DNA from: an uncultured Mycoplasmataceae bacterium
GTDB taxonomy: Bacteria; Bacillota_I; Bacilli_A; Mycoplasmatales; Hepatoplasmataceae
Assembly (NCBI GenBank): GCA_947330515.1
Contig: CAMZOE010000065.1
Coordinates: 1,526 to 65,525 of the forward strand
DNA length: 64,000 nucleotides
Direction: 5' to 3'
The notes beneath the pieces are model-generated. The model was not told the origin of the DNA, did not search any database, and was given only the letters and a program-made list of their open reading frames with translations. Within the stretch, counting starts at the first letter, position 1. Each line of letters opens with the position of its first letter. Shown here one piece after another: positions 47,661 to 57,659 of the stretch. The position numbers and the translations under genes were made by a program.

Positions 47661-49274
47661 ATGTTATTTAAACCATTATTAGTTACAGGATTATTTTTTT
47701 GAAATACGGCAATAATAATTGCTTTTTTTCTTTTTATATTTTTTGCTCTTGGAAAAGTTTTTCAAAAAAGATTTGATATCAATCCTTTAAGTTTCACTAT
47801 TAGTATTCCACTGGGGTTTATAATTTTTCTTCTTTTAACTTTTATATTTTTAATTCCAACTATGTTATTAAGATGAACACTTAATTTAAATTTTTTTATT
47901 ATAATGGAAAATATTTTCATTTTTGCCATTATTTTTATTTATTATGATTCTTGATGACCATTTTCATTTGAAAATAAAAAAAGAATTTTTATTCCAGGAT
48001 ATTCATTTATATTTTCATTTTTCTTATTTTTTATTTTTATTTTATTAATGGTTTATGCTAATTTACTTCTTCCAAATTTTAATCATTTAACTTATTTTCA
48101 TATTCGTAAAATTTCAGATACTTCTACATCGGTAAAATTTGGTAATTATTTATTAAATATTCTTAATGTTGGTGTTTCAGGAAAAGAATATCTAACTTTA
48201 GAAATATATTATAAGTGATTATTATTTATCTTAGCAATTGTTATTCTTTATTTTACTTCTATTTATTGAATGAGACAATTAACTAATTTTACTTTCTTTT
48301 CTTCTTTTTTTGGTTTTTTAATGGCGCTTTTTCTTTCTTCTTACTTTTTGTTTTTAAATACACAAAGTTTATTATTAATAGAATTTCTTATTTTTTTAGT
48401 TAGTCTTTCCTTAGTAAAAAACTTTTATACAAATTGAAGTAAGGAAGAAAACATTATGATTATGTTTTATTATTCATTGTTTGTTATTTTTACTTTTTTA
48501 CCTTATGGTGTAGTAATCTTTTTAGTTTTTTTTGTTTCAATATCATTAATTCAAATGCAACAAACTAATAAATCTAAAAAGATTATTATTAATGGTGTTT
48601 TTCTTTTATTAGTTCAAATTAATTTATTAATTTTTTTTATATCACAACCTATTTCTTTGATCACTTTCTTTTTATCAATGATTTTTTTCATTCCTACAAT
48701 TAGTAAATATAATAATGTAGAAAAACAAAAAAATGAAATTATAAAAGAAAGAGAAAAAAATGAAGAAATAGAAAATTTTAAAAATAATCCTGTTTCTAAT
48801 AGTAAAGCAATTTCTATAACAATTACTTTTTTTATTATTTTTCTTTCAAATGTTATTGTCTTCGTGACAAAAGATTTTTCTTTTAATGATTATATAGGTT
48901 GATATTTTAACATCATTTATAATAAAACTTTTACTATTAATCTTTATATTTATTTTATAGTTTTCTTTTTTCCGTTTCTTCTGCTTCTTGTTTTTTATTT
49001 AGTTCGTTCTAAAGTAAAATGATTTTCAGCATTTGGAATTGCATATCTTTTGTTTTTAAATCCGTTTTCATATATCATTATTTGAAAACTCTTTCCTAAA
49101 GATAATTTTGCTTATTTATATTTATTTTTACCACTTTTATATATAGAAATAATTTGATGAGCAATTTCATCTAGATTTCAAAAAGTAACAATTTCTCTTA
49201 AAAATAGTAATAGAGAAAAAAGAGCATTTAGGAGAAAACAACAGAAAGTAAGGAACAATAAAAATGAACACTAA
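47661..49274 (+). CDS. Large polytopic membrane protein (537 aa), function unknown
   Basis: ATG at 47661. The frame was hand-read as open through 12 or more TGA codons, and track ORF 48456..48902 is an internal fragment. There are at least 12 hydrophobic segments and a charged loop EKQKNEIIKEREKNEEIENFK. The 3' end overlaps the ligA start by 11 nt. Confidence 0.65.
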
Positions 49275-51255
49275 AAAAGATATTAAAGAATTAGTTAAAC
49301 TATTGAATAATTATTCAGATTCTTATTACAATAAAAATATATCTTTAATAGAAGATAAAGAATATGATCTTTTATTAAGAAAACTAGAAAAATTAGAAGA
49401 ACAATATCCAGAATTTAAATTAAAAAACTCTCCAACTTCTAAAGTCGGTTATAAAACACTAGATTTTTTGGAAAAAGGAAAACACAATCATAAAATGCTT
49501 TCTTTGCAAAATGCTTTAAATTTTGATGAGTTAGATAAATTTTTTGAAAGAATTCAAAAAGATTTAAAAGATACTAATTTAGAAAAATTACAATTCACCA
49601 TAGAACCAAAAATTGATGGAGTATCAATTTCTTTAATTTATGAAAAAGGAATTTTAATAGAAGCAATTACTAGAGGTGATGGTTTTGTTGGAGAAATTGT
49701 TACTCAAAATGTTCTTCAAATAAACTCAATTCCTAAAAAAATTAATTATCAAAAAAAACTTACAGTTAGAGGTGAAATTTTTTCAACTTTAAGTAATTTT
49801 AAGAGAGTAAATGAATTAGCAATAAAACCTTTTTCAAATCCAAGAAATTTTGCTTCAGGAACTATTAGATTATTAAATCCTCAAATTGTTAAAGAAAGAA
49901 ATTTAAGTGCTTATTTTTATCAAGTTGTTTTTGATAAGGAAGATAATAAAAAGTTAAAAACTCAAAATGATGTTTTAAAACTTTTAAAAGAATTAGGATT
50001 TCCAATTTATCAAGATACTATTTTAGCAAAAAGAAACAAAATAAAAGAAGCATTAATTGAATACACTTTTGTTAGAGATAAAATTGATTTTGAAATTGAT
50101 GGAGTTGTAATCAAAATAAATGATTTTAGTAAGTATGAAATTTTAGGGGAAACAACTAAATTTCCTAAATGAGCAATTGCTTATAAATTTCCTCCTGAAA
50201 TTGCAATTACAAAACTATTAGATATTTTTCCAACCATTGGAAGAACAGGTTTAGTAAGTTACAATGCTAAACTAGAAAAAGTGAATTTATTAAATACAAA
50301 TGTATCTTCAGCTACTTTACATAATTTAGAATATATTAAAAAACTTGATTTAAGAATTGGTGATTTTGTAGAGATTAAAAAATCAGGAGAAATTATCCCT
50401 AAAGTAATAAAAGTTGTAAAAGCTAAACGTTCTCCAGGCTTAAAAAAATGAAAAGAAGAAATCAATTGTCCGGTTTGTAAAGAAGAGTTAATTTTCTCAA
50501 AAACAAAAAATGATCAATATTGTATAAATGAAAATTGTGCTTCAAGAAAAATTAATGTTTTGATTCATTTTGTTTCTAAGAAAGCAATGGAAATAGATGG
50601 TTTAGGAGAAAAAATTTTACATACACTTTATGAAAATAATATTATTAAAAATATTGATGATATTTATTTTTTAACAAAAGAAAAACTTCAAAATTTAGAA
50701 GGATTTCAAGAAAGAAGAATTTCTAAATTATTGTCTGCAATTGAACAATCAAAAAAGAAATCATTAGAAAATGTTCTTTTTGGCCTTGGTATTCCAAATA
50801 TCGGTTATAAAACAGCATTAGATTTATCAAAAGAATATAAAACTATTGATTTAATAATGGATAAAACAGTAGAAGAATTAATAGAATTAGAAGATTTTGG
50901 GGAAGTAAAGGCTAATTCAATAGTAGATTTTTTTGCAAAAGAAGAAAACAAAAAATTAATAACTAACCTAAAAAATGAACAATTAAATTTTGAATACATT
51001 GAAGACAACTTTTTATCAAAACAAAAAAAAGAATCAAAGTTATACAAAAAAATTGTTGTCATTACTGGAACTTTTTCTGATTTTAATCGTCAAAATGCAG
51101 AAAAAAGATTAAATGAAATAGGAGCAATAGTGAGAAAATCTATTTCTTCAAAAACAGATTTTTTAATTTGTGGAGAAAAACCGTCACAAAACAAAATTAA
51201 AAAAATAGCAGAAAATAAAATACTTAAAACGATTAAATTAGAGGATATGTTATAA
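49264..51255 (+). CDS. ligA: NAD-dependent DNA ligase
   Basis: The adenylation site is EPKIDG. The sequence also shows FPKWAIAYKFPPE, a Zn finger CPVC...C..C, the HhH region, and a C-terminal BRCT domain (IVVITGTFS). Confidence 0.95.
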
Positions 51256-51264
51256 AATTAAGAT

Positions 51265-52764
51265 ATGGACAAAATAGATAACTTTATGCTTAAAGCATAT
51301 AAAAAATTTAAACATTTTTTTTCAAAACCAATAAGAAAAATTCTTACCCTTTATTTTGTAGTTTTTTTCGTTGGTGGAATTTTTTTATTTTTACCAATAT
51401 CACATAATAGCGGTTACAAAGACATGAGTTTCATAGATGCTTTATTTACTTCTGCATCTGCTTTTTCTGATACTGGATTATCAGTTATTACAACTTATTT
51501 GTCTTTTAATTTTTTTGGACAATTTGTTTTATTTTTATTGATTTTTTTTGGTGGGTTAGGAATTTTTACTCTTAGGATTTTCTTTCTAAGTTTTTTTGTT
51601 AAAAAATTTTCCTTTCGTAGTTATGATTTAGTTTCTAGCGAAATGGAAGGGAAAAATAAAACAGAAGTAATTAAAATGATTAAAACTGCCTTTATGGTAT
51701 CGATAATATTTATTGTTTTTTTTGGTTTTATTTTATCGTTATTATTTTATTTAGTTCCAGCAAGTACTCCGGGAAACGCATCAAATTTTAATAATCCAGA
51801 AGGTAAGTTTTGATTATCGTTTTGAATGGGTATTTTTACTGCTTCATCTTCTCTAAATAATGCAGGATTTGATATTACTTCTTCTGCTTCTTTTGCAGTT
51901 TATGATGCTAATATTACAATTCAAGCAATTATCTTACTTTTATTTATTATTGGTGGAGTGGGTTTTCCACTTATTTATGAACTTCTTGAATGAATGAAAA
52001 CAAAAAAAGATGGAAGGAGTTATAAATTTTCTTTAATATCTAAAATTCTCTTTTTCTCATATGTTTTTGTTGCAGTAGGTAGTTTGGTTATAGTTTACTT
52101 ATTTGAAGGATTAGCGACAATTAATAATAACGATTCTTTTTTTAAAACGGATTTATTGGAATTAAATGTTTGACAAAGAATTTGAGCTTTAACCTTTACT
52201 ACCTTTTCTACAAGATCAGCAGGATTTTCAACATTTGATTTATCTTTACTTTCACAACCTACTTTACTTATTTATATTATTACTATGTTTATTGGTGCTG
52301 GTTCATCATCAACTACTGGTGGAATTAGAACTACTACTTTTTGAATTTTAATGATTTTCTTCTTTAGCAGTTTAAAAGGAAAAAAAGATGTGGAAACCTT
52401 TAATCGAAGAATTAAATCTTCGCGAGTTAATCAAGCATTTATTATTTTTACCTTTTCTTTAATATTAATCGGATTTTCATCAATAATCATGATTATGGAT
52501 ATGTCTTTTGGAAATAATTTTATTAAAGGAAAATCATATTGATCTATTATTCCAATAACTATTTTTACGGCAACATCAGCTTTTGGTGCAGTAGGTCTTT
52601 CTGTTATTGATACTAGTCTTTTCGGTTGGGTTAGTAAATTAATATTAATTTTTCTAATGTTTATTGGACAAGTTGGAATTGCTAATACTTTAAAACAATT
52701 TGATCAACAAACAGATAAAAAAGTAACTAAACGATTAATTGAAGAAGATATTGTTTTAGGATAA
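51265..52764 (+). CDS. ktrB: Ktr/Trk-type potassium uptake membrane subunit (TrkH/KtrB family)
   Basis: In-frame pieces are joined by TGA codons. Repeated pore-loop motifs are SAFSDTGLS, ASSSLNNAGFD, TRSAGFS and GAGSSSTTGGIRT. Confidence 0.88.
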
Positions 52765-52783
52765 ATAATGAAATAATGAAAAT

Positions 52784-52814
52784 AAAAACCTGCTTTTAAA
52801 AAAGCAGGTTTTTA
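52784..52814. terminator. Bidirectional terminator between convergent ktrB and ktrA
   Basis: Palindrome AAAAACCTGCTTTT..AAAAGCAGGTTTTT. Confidence 0.7.
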
Positions 52815-52829
52815 TTTTATATTTTTATT

Positions 52830-53528
52830 TTATATTTTTTCATTTAAAGTACTTGCTACTTTATTTATTATTTTACTTTCTCCAACGATATATATTTCAT
52901 CTTTTTCTTCTAAAATTGTTTCTCCAGTTACAACTTTAAAAGTGTTATCTCTAACAAAAAGTGAAATTAAAATTTCCTTAGGAAATTCTAAATCTTTTAC
53001 CGGAACATTTAAAAATTGTTTTGGTGTTTGCATTTTAGCAAAAGAAACACTTTCATCAATATTGATTATCTCAAAATTTTTTAGTGATGTTTGTAGTTTA
53101 CTAAAATTTAATTGATTAACAATTTTTTGAGCAGAATCAATATTTGGATTGATAATAGTGTTTACTCCTAATTTTCTCAAGATAGTTCTATGAACTCTAT
53201 TTTCACTTCTTACAATTACTCTCCCGTCAAATTTATCTAATAATAGTGAGGAGATTAAAATTGATGATTGTAAATCATCTCCGATTGCAATTATAAAGAT
53301 GCTTGCGTTAGTAATTCCAGATTCCTCTAAAAAATCTTCATCTGTAGCATCACCAATTAAAATTGAATCAGCGATATCTTTTGCCTCTCTTGCACTTTCT
53401 TCGTTTTCATCTATAGCTATTAAGTAGTATTTATTTTCTTTAGAAAGTGATTTAAGAATCGCAACTCCTAATTTTCCGATTCCGAAAACTACTATTTCTT
53501 CTTTTTTATTTTTTTTTTTAAAATTCAT
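52830..53528 (-). CDS. ktrA: Ktr/Trk potassium uptake regulatory subunit (RCK_N + RCK_C)
   Basis: The Rossmann motif is VVFGIGKLGVAI, followed by a C-terminal RCK_C-like domain. AGGTGA lies upstream of the start. Confidence 0.85.
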   Translation of the reverse strand: MNFKKKNKKEEIVVFGIGKLGVAILKSLSKENKYYLIAIDENEESAREAKDIADSILIGDATDEDFLEESGITNASIFIIAIGDDLQSSILISSLLLDKFDGRVIVRSENRVHRTILRKLGVNTIINPNIDSAQKIVNQLNFSKLQTSLKNFEIINIDESVSFAKMQTPKQFLNVPVKDLEFPKEILISLFVRDNTFKVVTGETILEEKDEIYIVGESKIINKVASTLNEKI

Positions 53529-53761
53529 TTTTCACCTATTTTTTTTATTTCTACCAAATGATTGAATATATATAAATTATAAGAAAATAATTTTATATTA
53601 TAAAAATTACTTTTAAATTTACATATTTATTCTTTTTTAACAAGGATAAATAAAAGAAAAATATTTTTTATTTATAATATTCCTATTTTTTTGTATAATT
53701 TATATGCTATAATTTAAAAGATTAAAATAATTAAGTAAAAAAAATGCAGTTAAAAACATTT

Positions 53762-53836
53762 GCCTTGGTAGCTCAGTGGTAGAGCAGCTGGCTGTTAACC
53801 AGTTGGTCACAGGTTCAAATCCTGTTCGAGGCGCCA
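53762..53836 (+). tRNA. tRNA-Asn (GUU)
   Basis: The anticodon loop is CTGTTAA and the T arm is ACAGGTTCAAATCCTGT. CCA is encoded. Confidence 0.9.
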
Positions 53837-53840
53837 TTTT

Positions 53841-53916
53841 GGCCCGTTGGTGAAGCGGTTAACACACATGACTTTCACTCATGCATTCACGAGTTCAAAT
53901 CTCGTACGGGTCACCA
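53841..53916 (+). tRNA. tRNA-Glu (UUC)
   Basis: The anticodon stem-loop is CATGA-CTTTCAC-TCATG. CCA is encoded. Confidence 0.9.
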
Positions 53917-53933
53917 TTTTCCATTTTTTTAAT

Positions 53934-54009
53934 GGGACGTTAGCTCAGTTGGGAGAGCATCTGCCTTACAAGCAGAGGGTCACAGGTTCAAGTCCTGTAC
54001 GTCCCACCA
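53934..54009 (+). tRNA. tRNA-Val (UAC)
   Basis: The anticodon loop is CTTACAA. CCA is encoded. Confidence 0.9.
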
Positions 54010-54071
54010 TTATTTTTTAAAATAATAAATTAAAATTTAAACATCGACACTGAATATTTTTTTTAAAATCC

Positions 54072-54147
<76 letters not shown>

Positions 54148-54152
54148 TAATT

Positions 54153-54237
54153 GCGGGTGTGGCGGAATTGGTAGACGCGCTAGACTTAGGATCTAGTAAC
54201 TTTTGTTGTGGGGGTTCGAGTCCCTTCACCCGCACCA
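54153..54237 (+). tRNA. tRNA-Leu (UAG)
   Basis: The anticodon loop is CTTAGGA, the variable arm is long, and the discriminator is A. CCA is encoded. Confidence 0.9.
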
Positions 54238-54287
54238 ATTATTTTTAAAGGATTTTAAAAAAGAAAATAGAAATTTAGGATTTAACT

Positions 54288-54364
54288 GCGCCTGTAGCTC
54301 AATTGGACAGAGCATTTGACTACGGATCAAAAGGTTACGAGTTCGACTCTTGTTAGGCGCGCCA
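54288..54364 (+). tRNA. tRNA-Arg (ACG)
   Basis: The anticodon stem-loop is TTTGA-CTACGGA-TCAAA. CCA is encoded. Confidence 0.9.
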
Positions 54365-54375
54365 AATTATTAATA

Positions 54376-54452
54376 CGGAAAGTAGCTCAGCTTGGCAGAG
54401 CACTTGGTTTGGGACCAAGGGGTCGCAGGTTCAAATCCTGTCTTTCCGACCA
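54376..54452 (+). tRNA. tRNA-Pro (UGG)
   Basis: The anticodon loop is TTTGGGA. CCA is encoded. Confidence 0.9.
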
Positions 54453-54457
54453 TTAAT

Positions 54458-54533
54458 GGGGTGATAGCTCAGTTGGTAGAGCACTTGTCTTGCACACAAG
54501 AGGTCGCCGGTTCGATCCCGGTTCACTCCACCA
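54458..54533 (+). tRNA. tRNA-Ala (UGC)
   Basis: The acceptor GGGGTGA carries the G3:U70 identity pair. The anticodon loop is CTTGCAC. Confidence 0.9.
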
Positions 54534-54546
54534 TCATTATTGTTTT

Positions 54547-54623
54547 GGCGAGATAGCTCAGTTGGCTAGAGCACGTGGTTCATACCCACGGGGTCGTGAG
54601 TTCGAGTCTCTCTCTCGCTACCA
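54547..54623 (+). tRNA. tRNA-Met, elongator (CAU)
   Basis: The anticodon loop is TTCATAC. Its position in the block matches the known Met-Ile order. Confidence 0.8.
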
Positions 54624-54627
54624 ATTA

Positions 54628-54704
54628 GGTCCTTTAGCTCAGTTGGTCAGAGCAACCGGCTCATAACCGGTTGGTCGTAGGTTCGAGTCCTACAAGGACC
54701 ACCA
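54628..54704 (+). tRNA. tRNA-Ile2 (CAU, lysidine-modified type)
   Basis: The sequence GGTCCTTTAGCTCAGTTGGT.AGAGC...GGCTCATAACC...GTCGTAGGTTCGAGTCCTACAAGGACCACCA closely resembles Firmicute tRNA-Ile2 as recalled from memory. tilS is present in this window. Confidence 0.75.
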
Positions 54705-54743
54705 ATAATTATTATTCAACTATATATATTTAAATAAATAAAT

Positions 54744-54836
54744 GGAGACGTACCCAAGTCCGGTTGAAGGGGTCAGTCTTGAAAACTGAGAGTGGTCGTG
54801 AGGCCAGCGGGGGTTCGAATCCCTCCGTCTCCGCCA
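54744..54836 (+). tRNA. tRNA-Ser (UGA)
   Basis: The anticodon loop is CTTGAAA, the variable arm is long, and the discriminator is G. Confidence 0.9.
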
Positions 54837-54847
54837 TTTATTATTAT

Positions 54848-54924
<77 letters not shown>

Positions 54925-55000
54925 GGTCCCGTGGTGTAGTGGTTAACATGCCTCTCTGTCACAGAGGAGATCGCGAGTTCAATTCTCGTCGGGACCGCCA
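54925..55000 (+). tRNA. tRNA-Asp (GUC)
   Basis: The anticodon loop is CTGTCAC. It starts on the base immediately after the CCA of tRNA-fMet. Confidence 0.9.
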
Positions 55001-55004
55001 TTTT

Positions 55005-55080
55005 GGTCCGATAGCTCAGTCGGTAGAGCATGTGATTGAAGCTCACAGTGTCGGCGGTTCAATTCCGTCTCGGACCACCA
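55005..55080 (+). tRNA. tRNA-Phe (GAA)
   Basis: The anticodon loop is ATTGAAG. CCA is encoded. Confidence 0.9.
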
Positions 55081-55111
55081 TTTCAAATAATCATTTTCCG
55101 TTATTTGAAAT

Positions 55112-55202
55112 GGAGATATACCCAAGAGGCCTAAGGGGCTGGTTTGGAAAATCAGTAGTAGTCATTAGATTAGCAAGGGTTCGAATCCCTTTATCTCCGC
55201 CA
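55112..55202 (+). tRNA. tRNA-Ser (GGA)
   Basis: The anticodon stem-loop is CTGGT-TTGGAAA-ATCAG. The variable arm is long, the T arm is AAGGGTTCGAATCCCTT, and the discriminator is G. Confidence 0.8.
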
Positions 55203-55230
55203 CGTTATTGAAATATAAAAGTTAGTTTCT

Positions 55231-55270
55231 TTTTTTATAAATAAAACATAAAATTTTTATTTATAAAAAA
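55231..55270 (+). terminator. A/T-only 16-bp palindrome after the tRNA array (weak terminator candidate)
   Basis: TTTTTTATAAATAAAA (55231-46) pairs perfectly with TTTTATTTATAAAAAA (55255-70). Confidence 0.35.
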
Positions 55271-55313
55271 AGATGAATTAATTTAATTTTATTTAATTAA
55301 AAGGTAATAAATA

Positions 55314-56981
55314 ATGAATGAATGAAAAACAACATTAAAATTATGGGAAGATAACATTGATAAAGATTCATTGTTAGAGTTAAAAAAACTAGAACAAAAA
55401 GAACAAAAAGAACGCTTCAACGAAGATTTAAATTTCGGAACTGCTGGAATAAGAGCGTTAATGGGAATAGGAACAAATAGGATAAATAAATATACTATTA
55501 ATCGTTTTATTAAAGCCTATGGACTTTTTTTAAAAGAAAATTTTTCTTCTCTTGAATTAAAAGAAAAAGGTGTTTTAATTTTTCATGATAATAGAAAAGA
55601 TGGAAAAATATTTTCAGAATATGCTGCAAGTGCATTATTATCTTTGGGTATTAAAGTTACTTTTTCTTATTTAAATCAATTGCAACCAACCCCTTTATTA
55701 TCTTATATGGTAAGAAATAAAGATTATATTGGTGGTTTAAATATTACTGCCTCTCATAATTTTAAAGATTTTAATGGAATAAAGTTTTACACTTCTAAAG
55801 GTTCTCAAATTGATTTAAACGATTCTAAAGAAATTAAACATCATTTCGATCAATTAGGTTATTTTGATACTGAAGCAAAAATTAACTTAAAAACAGTTAA
55901 ATATCTTCCAAAGAATTTTGAAAATTATTATCTAGAAGAAGTAATTTTTCCTATGATTAAGAAAACAAAATTTCATGAAAAAATATTGTTTTCTCCTCAA
56001 CATGGAACTTCTTTAGGAATGGTTAAAAAAATAGCAAAAGAGATGAATATAGATTTATCTTTAGTTAAGACTCAATCATTTCCTAGTGAAACTTTTGAAA
56101 ATACATTAAATCCAAACCCTGGAACAATAGAAGCTTTTAATGAAGCGGTTCCTATAGCTATTAATCAAGACATTTCAACTATAATTTCTATCGATCCTGA
56201 TGGTGATAGATTAGGATTAATGATAAAAGATGATAATAATTGAATTCATTTAAATGGTAATGAACTTGCTATTTTAATGCTATTTTATTTAATTAAAACA
56301 ACTAGAGCATCAAAATTAAAAAATTCTTTTATTGTTAAATCTATTGTAACTTCTGATCAAGGAACAAGGATTGCTAATTTTCATAATATAAAAGTATATG
56401 AAACTTTAACAGGATTCAAACATTTAGCAAATAAATCTCTTGAAATACAGGAAGATGAAGTAAGACGGGGAATTAAACCTAAAAAAATATCTAACTCATT
56501 ATTAATTTATGAAGAGAGTTATGGTTCAATTATAAATAACATGGTTGCAGATAAAGATGCTTTCCAGGCGTTTGTGTTAGTTGTACAAATGTTAAACTAT
56601 TTTAAAAGTAAATATTCTAAAATTTCTGAAGTTTTAAATACAATTAATCAAAAATATGGACATACAAAATCCATTCAATTTACTAAAGAAATTTCTTCTA
56701 TTACTGAGAGCGAAGAATATTTATTGAATATTACTAAAAGTATTGGTCATAAATTAGAAGATGTTAAACATGTAACTCTTGATTATATTGAAGATTTAGA
56801 AAAACCAAGAATAAAAAAACAATTACCAACAAAAGGAATTAAAATTTGATTAAAAGGTGGCTCATGGGTTGCAATTAGACCATCAGGCACAGAACCAATT
56901 ATCAAATTTTATCTAGATTTATTTAATTTAGATAATGAAACAGAGAATAAATTAAAAGAAGTTTTTGAATCATTTTTTTAA
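55314..56981 (+). CDS. Alpha-D-phosphohexomutase (phosphoglucomutase/phosphomannomutase, PgcA/ManB type), 555 aa
   Basis: ATG at 55314 gives MNEWKTTLKLWEDNID. The sequence shows FGTAGIRALMG, the active-site serine loop TASHNFKDFNGIKFY, the metal loop DPDGDRLG, and the C-terminal phosphate loop RPSGTEP. In-frame pieces are joined by TGA codons. Confidence 0.88.
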
Positions 56982-57012
56982 TTACTAAATATATATTACT
57001 TTAGAATTTTAT

Positions 57013-57086
57013 GGTGCGATAGCCAAACGGTAAGGCATGGGACTGCAACTCCCTGACTGAGGGTTCGAATCCGTCTCGCACCTCCA
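57013..57086 (+). tRNA. tRNA-Cys (GCA)
   Basis: The acceptor GGTGCGA/TCGCACC is perfect and the anticodon loop is CTGCAAC. The T stem GAGGG/CCGTC contains one G-G mismatch at positions 51:63. CCA is encoded. Confidence 0.8.
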
Positions 57087-57171
57087 TTATTAAATTATTC
57101 TAAAGCAATTATGTTTAAATTTAGTAATGAAGAAATAAACATAAAAAAAACACATTGTATATCAATAATTT

Positions 57172-57207
57172 AAAACATTACTTTAGGAGTAATGTTTTTC
57201 TTTATTT
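57172..57207 (+). terminator. Rho-independent terminator downstream of tRNA-Cys
   Basis: Perfect 11-bp stem AAAACATTACT / AGTAATGTTTT with a 5-nt loop and a T-rich tail. Confidence 0.65.
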
Positions 57208-57597
57208 AAAAGAAATTAGTAGATATATTATTAAGTATTATTTTGTTTAAGTTTACCTTCTTTTATTTTTGTTGATCTTTTTTTGATTTTAGATTAAGTT
57301 TTTTGTGTATTTAAGTTACCTTCTTTGAAAATACAATCTTTCTTTTATTTAAGAGAACACAAAACTTTTATATCCATAATGAGTTTCTTTTTTTATAGAA
57401 ACCATTATGGATTTTTTCAAGAAAATTTTATTATAATAATAAGTTTCTAAATAAGTAATCATAAGCTTTGTCTGTTTAATTAACTCCTAAATTTTCATAA
57501 AATCATTTAAATTGTTCTCTTTTTGAAATACTAGAACTAACATTTTTTACTTTTTACGTTTAATAAATATTTAATTATCACTGTTATTTATAAAAAT

Positions 57598-57632
57598 AAA
57601 ACGTCACATAAATAATGTGACGTTTTATTTTT
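57598..57632 (-). terminator. Rho-independent terminator of the murP-murQ-nagA-like operon
   Basis: Perfect 12-bp stem AAAACGTCACAT / ATGTGACGTTTT with a 5-nt loop, 28 nt downstream of the TAG at 57660. Confidence 0.7.
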
Positions 57633-57659
57633 ATTTAGTTTATTTTTTGAATAATAATT

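Noticed and set aside
53529-53761. A possible c-di-AMP (ydaO/kimA-type) riboswitch upstream of ktrA, or a structured leader before the tRNA array.
   Set aside because: The region is almost pure A/T. It has no paired GC-containing helices or ACGGGG/CCC-type conserved cores. Only TATAAT-like hexamers (about 53692 and 53707) consistent with ordinary promoters are visible.
54939-55211. A 90-aa plus-strand ORF in the track.
   Set aside because: It lies entirely across tRNA-Asp, tRNA-Phe and tRNA-Ser(GGA). It exists only because tRNA genes are GC-rich and free of stop codons.
57440-57560. An integrase or regulator pseudogene remnant on the minus strand next to tRNA-Cys, seen as the short frame SSISKREQFKWFYENLGVN.
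   Set aside because: Only about 19 codons are open and I cannot tie them to any family. This is too little evidence to call a pseudogene or mobile element, so it is kept only as part of the gene-free-tract finding.
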